Shown: positions 17,168 through 26,794, numbered from the stretch's first letter. The stretch is DNA of 32,866 bases from Verrucomicrobiota bacterium (GCA_038209745.1 JBBQXJ010000053.1:1-32866), one strand, 5' to 3'. Program-made: numbers and translations. The notes: a model not told the origin generated them from the letters alone.

Positions 17168-18768
17168 TTGTCAGAGGTCTTGGTCGCGCCGCCGTGGATG
17201 GTGAATCGCCCCGGCTTGTAGGTGGGCTTCGGGATCGTGGGTTCCGGCTCCGGTTGAGGCGGTGAAGGCGGAGCGGCGACGGGTTTTGGCGTCGGGGGGA
17301 TCGCCCGGGGGGTGACGTTGAACGGGGTCGCCTTGTTGGATTGAAGGGAAGGACTGTCTCCCGCTTGGACGGGACCCCTTGCCTTGGTGGAATCAATGGC
17401 AGCGGTGACCGCGGAGGTTTTGTCGGCGAAGATCGTGTCGTCCTTGGTCAAGACCAGCGATGCGGCCCAGAGTCCCATGGCGAGGACGGTTGCGCCCATG
17501 GTTGTGGGTTGACCGAACTGTCCGACGATGAGTCCCGGGCCGGCGGCCCCCAGCAGGACGATGGGAAGAAGGTTGCCGTTCCGGGCTGCTTTGAGGCTGT
17601 GGAACAGCGCCCAAATCCCCAGGGCAACGCGCAGCCCCATGAAGGAAAGCCCAATGACGGGGCCTGATTCGCCTACTGCCCGTGCCCATTCATCCTCGGC
17701 CACCAGGAAATCTCCGCGGAAGCCGGCCAGTGACGCGCCTCCGTTGGTGCCGATGCCGAGACCCTTGCCCAGCATGTCGGCGGTGAAAACGGAGGTGACA
17801 GCATCCTGGATCGGGTGAAGCGCGCGGGCGGCCAGGCCGCGCCAGCCGCCTTCGTTTTGGTTCGCCTTGGCGGCGCGGGTGGTCGTGGTATCCACGCCTG
17901 CCCGATAGACGGTGAGACTGCTGACGGCTGCAAAAGCCACCAAACCCACGAGGAAGAATTTGGCGAGAGACTTGAGCGCTCTCGGATAGACCACACAGCC
18001 CATCAGGAAGGCTATTCCGACCAGCACACAGCTGATCAAGAGGGAGCGGCTGCCAGAGACGGAGGCTGCAATTATACAGGATCCCGCCGTCGGTAAGAGC
18101 AGCCACCAACGCACCCAACCGCGCAGCGTCAGCCCTCCGAGCAGGAAGGCCGACGTGATCGCGAAATAGAAGATCGGCCCGCTAATGAAGCTGAAGGTGC
18201 CCGCGGGGCGGATAACGTCGTGGGCGGCCTCGATCTGCCGGCCCCCGCCCGCTCCTAGATTCCACCAACTATCGATGCCGGAGCGATACTGCTTCGCCAT
18301 GAGCAGGACCTGGGGGAGGGCTCCGAGCAGGAAGAGCCATCCGATCAGCTTTAGATCTTTGGGACGGAGCACCTTTCCCATGACGAAGATCAGCGGAAGG
18401 TGGAGATAGTTGGCCCGCAGGCCGAAGGCGACCACGGCAGGCAGGTCGGGAATCACTGCGAAGCCGGCGAGAGCGGAGACACCCCCCAGAATAATGGTCG
18501 CGAAAAAGAATGCGTTGAACGGAAACAGTCCGCCGATCAGCGCCGTCGCGTAGATCGCCAATACGATCGGATCCCGGACGACGAGGAGAACGTCGGAGAG
18601 CGAGACAAGAAACCATTTGCGAAGGGCGCCCTCGATGATCCAGAGGATGAGGTAGATCCAGATGAGTCCCCGGGTCGTCTTGGCCATCCCTGAATCGATC
18701 GGTGCTACGCGAGCCGCCGTCGGGGGCGTCGATACCGTTGGGCGTAGTCCTGCTAGAGCGGAATTCAT
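17164..18768 (-). CDS. Wzy polymerase / O-antigen ligase-like polytopic membrane protein with a Pro-rich C-terminal tail
   Basis: About 10-12 TM segments with EGALRKW, RPAGTFSF, SGSRS and GKGLGIGTN motifs, located among GT genes. Start placed at ATG 18768. Confidence 0.7.
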   Translation of the reverse strand: MNSALAGLRPTVSTPPTAARVAPIDSGMAKTTRGLIWIYLILWIIEGALRKWFLVSLSDVLLVVRDPIVLAIYATALIGGLFPFNAFFFATIILGGVSALAGFAVIPDLPAVVAFGLRANYLHLPLIFVMGKVLRPKDLKLIGWLFLLGALPQVLLMAKQYRSGIDSWWNLGAGGGRQIEAAHDVIRPAGTFSFISGPIFYFAITSAFLLGGLTLRGWVRWWLLLPTAGSCIIAASVSGSRSLLISCVLVGIAFLMGCVVYPRALKSLAKFFLVGLVAFAAVSSLTVYRAGVDTTTTRAAKANQNEGGWRGLAARALHPIQDAVTSVFTADMLGKGLGIGTNGGASLAGFRGDFLVAEDEWARAVGESGPVIGLSFMGLRVALGIWALFHSLKAARNGNLLPIVLLGAAGPGLIVGQFGQPTTMGATVLAMGLWAASLVLTKDDTIFADKTSAVTAAIDSTKARGPVQAGDSPSLQSNKATPFNVTPRAIPPTPKPVAAPPSPPQPEPEPTIPKPTYKPGRFTIHGGATKTSDK

Positions 18769-18772
18769 CGAA

Positions 18773-20017
18773 TCAATTCGGTTTGGATCGGGACAATTGT
18801 TCCAGGACGAGGTCCGCATAGCGGGGCCAAGTCAGTTTCATCGCTTTGTCCCGCGCCGCCCGGCCCATGTCGTGCAGCATCCCGGGATTGTCGGCAAACC
18901 AATTGATCCGGTCGGAGATCGCCTCGGGGGAAGCCGGTGGCACCAGGAAGCCGGTCCGACCCTCTTCGATCAGATCTTCGGCTCCCGCATTGCGGGTCAC
19001 GATCAGAGGCAATCCGCAGGCCATCGCCTCCTGCTGGACCAGCGCCCGGCCCTCCACGATGGAAGGGAGGCAGAGGACGTCGCAGGTCGCCATCAGCTTG
19101 AGAACCCCGGCATGGGCCCGGGTCGGCTCGTAGGTGAAATCCGCCAATTGGGAGCGGTAGAATTCCATGGGCGCCGCGAGAGATCCCATGACGACCAGTT
19201 CCACATCGGACCGCTTGAGCAGTTTGATGGCGGCAAAGAGATCGGCCAGGCCCTTCCGCTGGCTCATGGTGCCGGCGAAGAGAACGCGGAGTTTTGCGTT
19301 CGGCTTCCTCGGCGGTCGAACCACCTCGGGGATGTCGGGCGTTCCGAACTCCGCGACGACGCAGCGCTTGGTCTCGCGAGCCCACCCGGGAAGGGAATCC
19401 AGCACGAACCGACTCGGTACGACCACGACTTCGGCCGACTTCAGTTCCTCGGTCTTTCGATCCAGCTTGGCTTCCGAATCGCGGGTGCCGCCTTTGAAGG
19501 TGGGTTCCCACTCCGGCAACCGGGCGGCTTCCTGGAGGACGAGGTGCCTCAGCGTTTCCCAATACGCGATCGGCAGGTCGTAGCCGGCGACAAGTCCCAG
19601 CGAACGAGCAGCCTTCAGGGTCTTCAGGGCGCCGTCCTCATAGGCGTAGACCGACTTGAGACCGAGGGGTTCCTTCCAATGGGAAAGGCGATCGGCGACC
19701 GCCGTGTCAAGGTCCTGGTAGACCGCGTCCACGCAGGCCCAGCCGCGCTCGTGCGCCGTCAGGCTCCGCAGATGCAGGCGGTTTCCCACGACCCGGGCAA
19801 GTTCTCGCGAGGGGCGGGACCAGAGCCGTTCAGGCGGCAGATCATAGCGGCGTCGGCGAAGTTCATTGCGGAGACCGCCGGGCAACAATTTCGCCAGCGC
19901 GGGCTCCGTTGTGAAGCCAAGCGCGGTGGCGTAGAGCCCAAGGCGCCGGTTCGTCTCGAGGCCGGACAACAGGGCCCGCACGAAGGTGTTGCCGCTGGGA
20001 TGGGAGACGAGCGTCAT
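18773..20017 (-). CDS. Glycosyltransferase family 4
   Basis: True start ATG 20017 (MTLVSHPSGNTFVRALL), ATGA-coupled to the acyltransferase stop. Motifs VLFAGTMSQRKG and LPSIVEGRALVQQEAMACG. Confidence 0.92.
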   Translation of the reverse strand: MTLVSHPSGNTFVRALLSGLETNRRLGLYATALGFTTEPALAKLLPGGLRNELRRRRYDLPPERLWSRPSRELARVVGNRLHLRSLTAHERGWACVDAVYQDLDTAVADRLSHWKEPLGLKSVYAYEDGALKTLKAARSLGLVAGYDLPIAYWETLRHLVLQEAARLPEWEPTFKGGTRDSEAKLDRKTEELKSAEVVVVPSRFVLDSLPGWARETKRCVVAEFGTPDIPEVVRPPRKPNAKLRVLFAGTMSQRKGLADLFAAIKLLKRSDVELVVMGSLAAPMEFYRSQLADFTYEPTRAHAGVLKLMATCDVLCLPSIVEGRALVQQEAMACGLPLIVTRNAGAEDLIEEGRTGFLVPPASPEAISDRINWFADNPGMLHDMGRAARDKAMKLTWPRYADLVLEQLSRSKPN

Positions 20018-21147
20018 TCCGGCTGGGGCCCCTTGAGCCTGCGACCCACGGTTCGGGCGAGCCGATGGCTGGGTGCTTCCACCCATCGGTAGAACAAGGC
20101 GGCCACGGGAACGACGAGAACCGCGGCCGCCAAGGGAACGAGCAGGTTCAGCGGCTTGTGGCCGGCTCCTGCTTTCCAGGCGGCTCCGGCCAGGCGGAAG
20201 AGGGGGAAATGAACGAGGTAGAGGGAGTAGGAAAGCGTTCCAAGCCAAACCAGCAGCACGAGCAGTCGCCTGGGTATCGCGGTCGCGAACGAAGGATTCA
20301 TCAACGCGAACCAGAGCAGGATTCCATAGCCGATGGCCCAAAAATGGCAGGCGACCCACTGATTGTAGTCCCGCCAATGGAACAAGACTGCGGCGGCGAA
20401 GGCCGCGGCCATGGTCAGCCCATGGGCCACGCCGGGCGCCAGGAGGCGGCGCGTCTTCCAGCTCTCCGCCAGCAGCGCGCCGGAACACCAGATCAGCCAA
20501 TACTGGGCGAAGCCTCCGTTGAGCGCGGGAACGGCGCGGCCGAAGAGCGGGGGCAGCACGGCCACTGCGGCGACCACGCCGAAGGCGGTCAGCGCCCCTG
20601 ACTTCCGCAGGAGCCAGAGGAAAACCGGGTAGACAACATAGAGCTCCATCTCGACCGGCAGCGACCAGAGCGACGGATTGCCCGCCATCTGTCCGGCATC
20701 GGCTCCATAGTTCTGGACCATGAAAACGGAGCGCACGAGCATCGAGACCGACGAGGTCCGGCTGGCCGGATCGAGCCACTTTGAGAGGAGTTCGCAGCCG
20801 AGAGTCACCACGATGGCGAACAGATACGGGGGGAAGATCCGGAAGAAACGACGGGCCGCGTAGGGTTTCCAGGCGAAGTCCTTTCCGCCGGCCAACGGCA
20901 GATGCACGCAGAAGCCGCTCAGGACGAAGAACAGCATGACGCCGCTCCCGCCAAAGGCCATGGGCACCGAGAACCAGGCCATCAGCCGGTCGAAGGCCCC
21001 GACCGGCACCAAACCGCTCTGGATGTCCCGGAGCCCGACCCAGAGATCGACGCGCGAGTGGAAGAGCACGACCCAGAAGGCCGCGAGGCCCCGCAAGACA
21101 TCGATCAGCGGAAGGGTGTTTCCGGATCCACCGGAATGGGGGGTCAC
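20014..21147 (-). CDS. Acyltransferase-3 (OafA-like) membrane O-acyltransferase, no SGNH fusion
   Basis: IDVLRGLAAFWVVLFH, GVMLFFVLSGF, RRFFRIFPPY, WSLPVEMELY, LGTLSYSLYLVHFP, YRWVEAP. Start is GTG 21147 or TTG 21156. Confidence 0.92.
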   Translation of the reverse strand: MTPHSGGSGNTLPLIDVLRGLAAFWVVLFHSRVDLWVGLRDIQSGLVPVGAFDRLMAWFSVPMAFGGSGVMLFFVLSGFCVHLPLAGGKDFAWKPYAARRFFRIFPPYLFAIVVTLGCELLSKWLDPASRTSSVSMLVRSVFMVQNYGADAGQMAGNPSLWSLPVEMELYVVYPVFLWLLRKSGALTAFGVVAAVAVLPPLFGRAVPALNGGFAQYWLIWCSGALLAESWKTRRLLAPGVAHGLTMAAAFAAAVLFHWRDYNQWVACHFWAIGYGILLWFALMNPSFATAIPRRLLVLLVWLGTLSYSLYLVHFPLFRLAGAAWKAGAGHKPLNLLVPLAAAVLVVPVAALFYRWVEAPSHRLARTVGRRLKGPQPE

Positions 21148-21152
21148 GGGCT

Positions 21153-22178
21153 TCAAATTGGGTTGGGAGCCACCGAGCGCAAGGCGGCGAGATAGGATTC
21201 GACCACCGCATGCCGAGCATGTCGGGCGAGGTGTTGCTCCGCGCCCTTCAGCATTTCGATCTGAGATTCCGGGTTGGCAAGGATCTGCTCCAGGCGGTCC
21301 GCCAGGGCGGCGGAATCTCCGTTTGGAAACGTGGATCCGCAGGGACCGACCGCCTCGGGGAGGCCACCCCCGGAGGAGACCACCGGGATCAACCCGCAGG
21401 CCATCGCTTCGAGGGCCACGATGCCGAACGGTTCGAGCCAGCGCGATGGAACCACCATGATCCGATGCCGGCACAGTTCATCGACCAATTCCTGGCCGGT
21501 GCGTTTCCCAAGAAAACGGACCCGGTCGTCTAGGCCGGCTCGTGTCACCTGCGCCTTGAGCGCCGGCTCTTCCGGGCCACCGCCAATGATGGAGAGGGTC
21601 GGTTTGAGGCCTCGGTTGTTCAATTCCTTGAGCGAGTCGATCAAGAGGTCCGCACCCTTGTCGCTGACCAGGCGTCCGAGAAAGACGAGATCCCGATCCC
21701 GCCGGATCGCGGGGTTTCTCTGGAAGAGCTCGTCGCGATACGGGTTTGGGATGACCCCGCAATCGGGGGAGACGGTCGCGGCCACCGCACGGCTCACGGC
21801 GAGATTGCGCGAGGCGAGTTTTGCCACGAGACGCTTCAGCCGGTCTTTCGCGCCGATGCGGCCATCGGGCCGGGTCAGCCACGTGTGGTAGGTGACGACG
21901 GTGGGGATCCGCAGCACCACGGCCGGCCAGAAGGTGGCGAGGCTGATGTTGCTTTGAAGATACACGTCGCACCACCGAAGTTGCTGGACGATCCGCCGCA
22001 GCGAAGGCCGCCGAAAGACCGCGAACCGCTGTCCTGCGGGCTCCGCTTCAGCCGTGGTGGTCGTGAGCACGCGGACTTCGTGCCCAAGCCGGCTCAGTTC
22101 CTCCGCGACGATGCCGCTGACCTGCTCGATCCCGCCGATGCTGGGCGCGAAGAAGTGGGAAGAGATCAGCAGTTTCAA
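21153..22178 (-). CDS. Glycosyltransferase family 4
   Basis: (M)KLLISSHFFAPSIGGIEQV, FLGRLVSDKG, PSRWLEPFGIVALEAMACG. TTG start at 22178 is inferred. Confidence 0.92.
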   Translation of the reverse strand: MKLLISSHFFAPSIGGIEQVSGIVAEELSRLGHEVRVLTTTTAEAEPAGQRFAVFRRPSLRRIVQQLRWCDVYLQSNISLATFWPAVVLRIPTVVTYHTWLTRPDGRIGAKDRLKRLVAKLASRNLAVSRAVAATVSPDCGVIPNPYRDELFQRNPAIRRDRDLVFLGRLVSDKGADLLIDSLKELNNRGLKPTLSIIGGGPEEPALKAQVTRAGLDDRVRFLGKRTGQELVDELCRHRIMVVPSRWLEPFGIVALEAMACGLIPVVSSGGGLPEAVGPCGSTFPNGDSAALADRLEQILANPESQIEMLKGAEQHLARHARHAVVESYLAALRSVAPNPI

Positions 22179-22201
22179 AGCGGGAGTGGAGCGAACCGGA
22201 A

Positions 22202-23407
22202 TCAGCGCTGCGCCAAGATCTTTTTGGCGGCTTCGATGCCCAGCTGCGTGGCCACGTCGCTGTTCATGTGTTCCCAAGTGCCCCAACGACCGAGCGGCTG
22301 GATGCCGCGACCGGTTGCCCATCGGCCAATCGCTTCAACGGCCTCGGGCTTGCCCAGCGTGTTGACCGGGTAGGCGAATTCGTTGTGGTGCCGGAAGAGT
22401 TTCACCGCGCCGGAGCGGTTGGCGTTGGTCTCCGTCCAGCAGCCTTTGCTGCCGGGACAGAAGTTGGATCGCACCAAGCGACGATGGTGGGCCAGCGCCT
22501 CGGCCGGGTCGTAGACCCAGTGGGCCGGTGTGTTCTGCATCGCGGGATCGTAGTCCACGTCGATCGGGACATTCACCAGTTTGCCTATCTCGGCGGTCAC
22601 GTCCGCCGGAAGTTTGGACATCTTCGGCCAGAGGGTCCACGGGATGGTGCTGACAAGGGTCTCGCCCTGGAACTGGCCGTTGACCGTGAGGCTCTCGATG
22701 TCGATCTGCGTGACGGGGCAGTTCGGCACGAAGCGATCGCCCAGCGCCACGCCCATGCGCCGCCAGACTTCGCCATAGCCGAACTTCTTCGGATAGAAAA
22801 ATTGGCCGTGAGCCGGGAGCTTGCCGGTGGCGTGGCGTTCCAGGCAGCTCTGGAGGGTTTCGCGGAAGGAGACGTCGGGCAGCTTGTAGAGCCAATAGGT
22901 GCCGAGACGGTTGAGATCCATCGACCAGATCTTCCGGTTGTAGGGAAGCATGTATTCTTCGGCAATGCGGTCGCCGAGTTTCCAGGTGATCCAGTCCTGG
23001 AACGACTCAGGCATCGACTGGCCCCGCACGCAGCCGGCTTGGGCGATGGATTCGAGGAAATCGATCTGGGCCTCGACGGGGAGCTGCCAAAGATTGGACT
23101 CCAACGGATGGTCCACCTCGGCGCCGCGGATGGTGATCTTGGAAACGCGGTCGTGGAGGTTCCATTCTTCACGCGGCATGTGGTGGAAGACGAGGTCGAG
23201 CACGTCCTTCTTCTTCACGTCGAGGAAGTGGCCGCCCCCGATGTCGAGAGGGGCGCCGTCGACTTCTTGGCTCCGACAAAGGCCACCGGCTTCGGCTTCG
23301 CGCTCCAGCACGAGGAACGAGTCCTCGCCGCCGGCCAGCAGCGTATGGGCGAAGCTCAGTCCGGAGGGACCGGCACCGAGGATCAGGTATTTGACTTTGG
23401 TTTTCAT
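22202..23407 (-). CDS. FAD-dependent oxidoreductase, UDP-galactopyranose-mutase-like / amine-oxidase fold
   Basis: ILGAGPSGL, LEREAEAGGLCRS, DIGGGHF, YMLPYNRKIW, FFYPKKFGYG, AYPV, GRWGTWEHMNSD. Confidence 0.82.
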   Translation of the reverse strand: MKTKVKYLILGAGPSGLSFAHTLLAGGEDSFLVLEREAEAGGLCRSQEVDGAPLDIGGGHFLDVKKKDVLDLVFHHMPREEWNLHDRVSKITIRGAEVDHPLESNLWQLPVEAQIDFLESIAQAGCVRGQSMPESFQDWITWKLGDRIAEEYMLPYNRKIWSMDLNRLGTYWLYKLPDVSFRETLQSCLERHATGKLPAHGQFFYPKKFGYGEVWRRMGVALGDRFVPNCPVTQIDIESLTVNGQFQGETLVSTIPWTLWPKMSKLPADVTAEIGKLVNVPIDVDYDPAMQNTPAHWVYDPAEALAHHRRLVRSNFCPGSKGCWTETNANRSGAVKLFRHHNEFAYPVNTLGKPEAVEAIGRWATGRGIQPLGRWGTWEHMNSDVATQLGIEAAKKILAQR

Positions 23408-23420
23408 CGCGTCGGTCGGA

Positions 23421-24371
23421 TCAATTGTAGCCGTTGAAGACGGAGGTCAGAAGCTTCCAACGGGCGGCGAGGCGTTTGCCGCCTTTTTCGGTGAAAGGGG
23501 CCTTGGTCCCGAGCCATGTCACCTCGGCAACATGACGGAGGAAGAGAAACGGTTTCATCCATCCGATCCAGCCTCCGTAGTGCATCTTCATCAGATGATA
23601 GCGGGCCTGGTGAAAGCGCCGAGACCGGGTCTGCGACCATTCGGAGAGCACGCTGCGGTTGTCGTGGATCACCCCCTGCAGGCAGAGGATCGCTTCCTTC
23701 CAACCCTTCTTCCTTAGACGCCAGGCAAGGTCGTAGTCCGCTTCGGCGAAGGGAATGTTGAGCGGATCGAACCCGGCGACCGTTTCCCAGGCTTTGCGGC
23801 GGACGAGGATCGGACTGGAGAAGACCACGTCGGACCAATACCACTCCTTGCCTTCGCGGAGTGTCTTTTCGCCCCGCCCCATCTGGTCCCGCAGCCGCAT
23901 CACCACCGGCGGGCTGAGGATGAATTCCCAAGGGGTCGGAAACTGGTCGCCGGACCCGGTGAACCGCCCAGCGTGCTTGTGGCAGGTGAAGCCGATCACG
24001 GCGACATCGTCATGCTGGTCCATGAACGCCATCGCCTTCGGGATCGCGTCGGAATTCTTCAGGAAATTATCGGTCTCGTAGATGAAGTAGCGCTGCACCG
24101 AGGGGTAGAGCCTGTTGGCCTCTTTGGCGGCCGTGTTGAGCCCGGCGCTGAACGAGGTGTCCTCGTCTTTGCTGGCCTCGTAGAGATGCACGGGCACGGG
24201 CGAAGTCCCGGCGAATTTTTTCACGAATTCGCGGCTTCCGTCCTTCGACCCGGCATCAAAGACGAGGATGGCCGTCGGTATTGGAAGGAGTTTCAGATTC
24301 TCTGCGAGGGTGCTCAGTGAGCCGTCGAGGAGATCGCAGCGGTTGAAGGAGTTGATGAGCGCGACGAGCAT
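23421..24371 (-). CDS. Glycosyltransferase family 2
   Basis: ALINSFNR, VFDAGSKDGS, FSAGLN, YETDN, GFD...EADYDLAWRL. Confidence 0.85.
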   Translation of the reverse strand: MLVALINSFNRCDLLDGSLSTLAENLKLLPIPTAILVFDAGSKDGSREFVKKFAGTSPVPVHLYEASKDEDTSFSAGLNTAAKEANRLYPSVQRYFIYETDNFLKNSDAIPKAMAFMDQHDDVAVIGFTCHKHAGRFTGSGDQFPTPWEFILSPPVVMRLRDQMGRGEKTLREGKEWYWSDVVFSSPILVRRKAWETVAGFDPLNIPFAEADYDLAWRLRKKGWKEAILCLQGVIHDNRSVLSEWSQTRSRRFHQARYHLMKMHYGGWIGWMKPFLFLRHVAEVTWLGTKAPFTEKGGKRLAARWKLLTSVFNGYN

Positions 24372-24471
24372 TTTGGATGGGGTTTTGGCCCGGGGTTAAC
24401 GGTTTTTTGGGAAACATTGTTGAGCGGGGACGGGCGGAGAGGACTCTCTGCCGCATCGGCTCAGTCGTGGG

Positions 24472-25614
24472 TCAACGATTCGGAAGCGGCAGGCGCCGAA
24501 GCAGTCCGGCGACGGTGGAGCCGACGACCTCGATCGACGCGTTGCGCTGATACCAGTTCCACCCAGCCTCGGCCAGGTTGGCCAGGCCGGCCGAACGCAC
24601 CCGGTCCACAATGAGGCGGATCTGCTCCTCTGAACCGTCGCAGGCCAGGAGTTCCCGACCCTCGGCGAGCGGATTGGCCTTCGTGGCCTCAGGGAGGATG
24701 GGCACACAGCCACTGCCGAGAGCGGCCATCAGGGCGCCGGATTTGCAGAGAAGCGCGGACGGATAATACGAAAGAAAAAGGTCGGACCGTCCGAGGAGCG
24801 CCGCTCCCTCGGACGCAGAGACGTCACTCGTTGCTGCTATCAAGTCGGAGGGAAGAAATGTCCTCAGCAGGCGCACATCGTCGCTCGGAGTTTCACTGGC
24901 GTCGGCTCCCTTGCCTACAACTCGGATTCCCGCCAGCAAGCCCTCGCGGTGGAGCGCCCGGAGCAGCTCGGTGTGTGCGCGGATACCGAGCCGCCGGGAG
25001 GCTTCCTGGCCAAAAGCAATCACACTGACTGGCCCTTGGTGGTGTAATGTGCGCACCTCGAGCGTCAGCGTCGGCAGGTTGCTGGGGATGGGCTGGAATT
25101 GAGTCTTTCCCGGTTGGATGGCCTCCAGCATACGGAACATCAGCGGCGTGCTGGTCAGAGCGGCATCGCACATCCGATGCAGTTCCGACACGAGCCGGCG
25201 CTGGATGAATCCGAGATAGAACTCGCTTTTCCAAGGCGGCCCCGAAGCCCACAGCTCGTGGAACACCACGATCAGACGCCGAGACGGCGAGGCGCTCTTC
25301 CAGCGTCCGATGGCCCGGTTGATCCAAAACGGCGTGCCGCGTTGGTGATAGCCGTAGCCGACGTAGTTCAGAATCACCGTTTTAGCATTGCCGAGCTTTC
25401 GGAGCAGCTCGTCGGCGGTGCGTTCACGGACGGCGGCGACCGGGAAAGGGGATGTCGTTCCTTCGGCCAAACGGGCCCAGGCCGGATCTCCCACGATTCC
25501 TCGGTTCGTGCAGCCGTGGGCCCGTCCCAGTTCCAGCGCGAGCAGGCGTCCGTAGTCGCCCAGGCCGTCGATCTGTGGCGCAAAGCGGGGAGTGATATGG
25601 GTCACTTCCATCAT
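24472..25614 (-). CDS. Divergent GT-B (GT4-like) glycosyltransferase
   Basis: Start ATG 25614, overlapping the exostosin stop. PQIDGLGDYG, NYVGYGYHQRG, VVFHELWA, PIPSNL, KSGALMAALGSG. Confidence 0.78.
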   Translation of the reverse strand: MMEVTHITPRFAPQIDGLGDYGRLLALELGRAHGCTNRGIVGDPAWARLAEGTTSPFPVAAVRERTADELLRKLGNAKTVILNYVGYGYHQRGTPFWINRAIGRWKSASPSRRLIVVFHELWASGPPWKSEFYLGFIQRRLVSELHRMCDAALTSTPLMFRMLEAIQPGKTQFQPIPSNLPTLTLEVRTLHHQGPVSVIAFGQEASRRLGIRAHTELLRALHREGLLAGIRVVGKGADASETPSDDVRLLRTFLPSDLIAATSDVSASEGAALLGRSDLFLSYYPSALLCKSGALMAALGSGCVPILPEATKANPLAEGRELLACDGSEEQIRLIVDRVRSAGLANLAEAGWNWYQRNASIEVVGSTVAGLLRRLPLPNR

Positions 25615-26648
25615 GGTTTCACGAGTCCGATGCGTCGGGCGATCTTCCGGAACAAGGCGCCTTCGCGGAGGTTCTTGCAGAACCGCTGGTGCGGGGCGAG
25701 GCCGTAGGGCGCGTAGAATTTCCAGCTTCGCCAAAGGTGTTGATAGTCGGGAGGGGTCTTTGGTTGGGCGGCGACCAATGCCTCCAGCTGGTCGAAGAAT
25801 CGGGGCACGATCACGTCCGGGGCGAACCAGGTCTCCCATTCCCGCCGCGCGAGCTTTCCCATCGCGGCGGAACGGCTTTGCCACTTGCGCAGGATTTCTG
25901 GCAGGCGCGCGGCGTCATGTTCTGCGACGCGGATGGAAAAATCATTCCACGCTAGCCCAGAGGGTTCGATCCACGCGTCGGACAAGATCACCGGCACACG
26001 CCCGAGCGCCATCGTCTCGAAGAGCCGGTGTGACGAGCAGCCTAGACCCCGGGGGCAGAGGACGAATTCGCTGTCGAGGATCTCGTGGACGTAGTTCGTC
26101 TGGTGGTCGTCCGTCAGCTTGTAGAAAAGCTTCCCATCGAGTTCCGTCACCCGGGCGAAAGTCGACCATGCTTCGGAATGTTGAAAGAGCGCCTTGCGGA
26201 CCGCAGCGGTGTTGCTGCCGCGAAACGAGAATAGCAGCGAGGGTCTGAAAGTTTCGCGTTCGTCGGCGAGCTTCTCGACAAAGGGATTGGGCAGCCCAAG
26301 CAGGTAGTTCCAGCTGACGAATCGGGGATCTGGCGTGTGATTCCAAGGGAGACAGGTGTAGACGCCAGGCAGGAAGCCGATGAAGAAATCCGCGTAGTTG
26401 TAGGCAAAGCATTTTTTAGGGAACCGGCGGATATGGTCCTCATTTAGCAGTAGCTCGGCATAGGACCGGTCCTTCCAGCAATTCGGTTCGAGATAGAGGA
26501 TTACGTCCGCTTCGTCGGCCGACGCCACGATCTCGTGCCTGCGATGATCGCGGCTGTCCGCGAACTGTTGGGCGATCCTTGCGACGAAGGTGGAGCCTTC
26601 CCATGCATGGACCTTTGCGACGGGCGGATGGGTCAGGAATAATTTCAG
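25611..26648 (-). CDS. Exostosin-family (GT47-like) glycosyltransferase
   Basis: LLFSFRGS and SEFVLCPRGLGCSSHRLFETMALGRVPVILSD match the exostosin signature. The frame stays open upstream of the track's GTG (26528); likely start CTG 26648 (LKLFLTHPP). Start uncertain. Confidence 0.85.
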   Translation of the reverse strand: MKLFLTHPPVAKVHAWEGSTFVARIAQQFADSRDHRRHEIVASADEADVILYLEPNCWKDRSYAELLLNEDHIRRFPKKCFAYNYADFFIGFLPGVYTCLPWNHTPDPRFVSWNYLLGLPNPFVEKLADERETFRPSLLFSFRGSNTAAVRKALFQHSEAWSTFARVTELDGKLFYKLTDDHQTNYVHEILDSEFVLCPRGLGCSSHRLFETMALGRVPVILSDAWIEPSGLAWNDFSIRVAEHDAARLPEILRKWQSRSAAMGKLARREWETWFAPDVIVPRFFDQLEALVAAQPKTPPDYQHLWRSWKFYAPYGLAPHQRFCKNLREGALFRKIARRIGLVKP

Positions 26649-26794
26649 AAAGGTGGTCGAAATATTTGATCTGTGAGCGATAGGTGCCGACGTCAGTCAT
26701 CGAGATTTTTGCCAAGCGGTTCTGAGCAGCTTCGAAAGCCGCAATGTAAGGGGAGGAACAAGAGGTTTCCTAGGGTCGGAAATTAGATTGAGCC

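Noticed and set aside
18773..21220. Apparent 815-aa acyltransferase-GT fusion
   Set aside because: The first 401 aa are an off-frame read through the AT3 gene. The GT4 starts at ATG 20017 and the two genes are in different frames.
24432..24451. Short hairpin GGCGGAGAG..CTCTCTGCC in the 100-bp gap between two GT genes
   Set aside because: Imperfect on the coding strand and without an adjacent U-tract; too weak to call a terminator.
26440..26715. 91-aa ORF as a frameshifted N-terminus of the exostosin gene
   Set aside because: The exostosin frame is itself open and protein-like to 26648, so no frameshift is needed, and the 91-aa product has no recognisable features.
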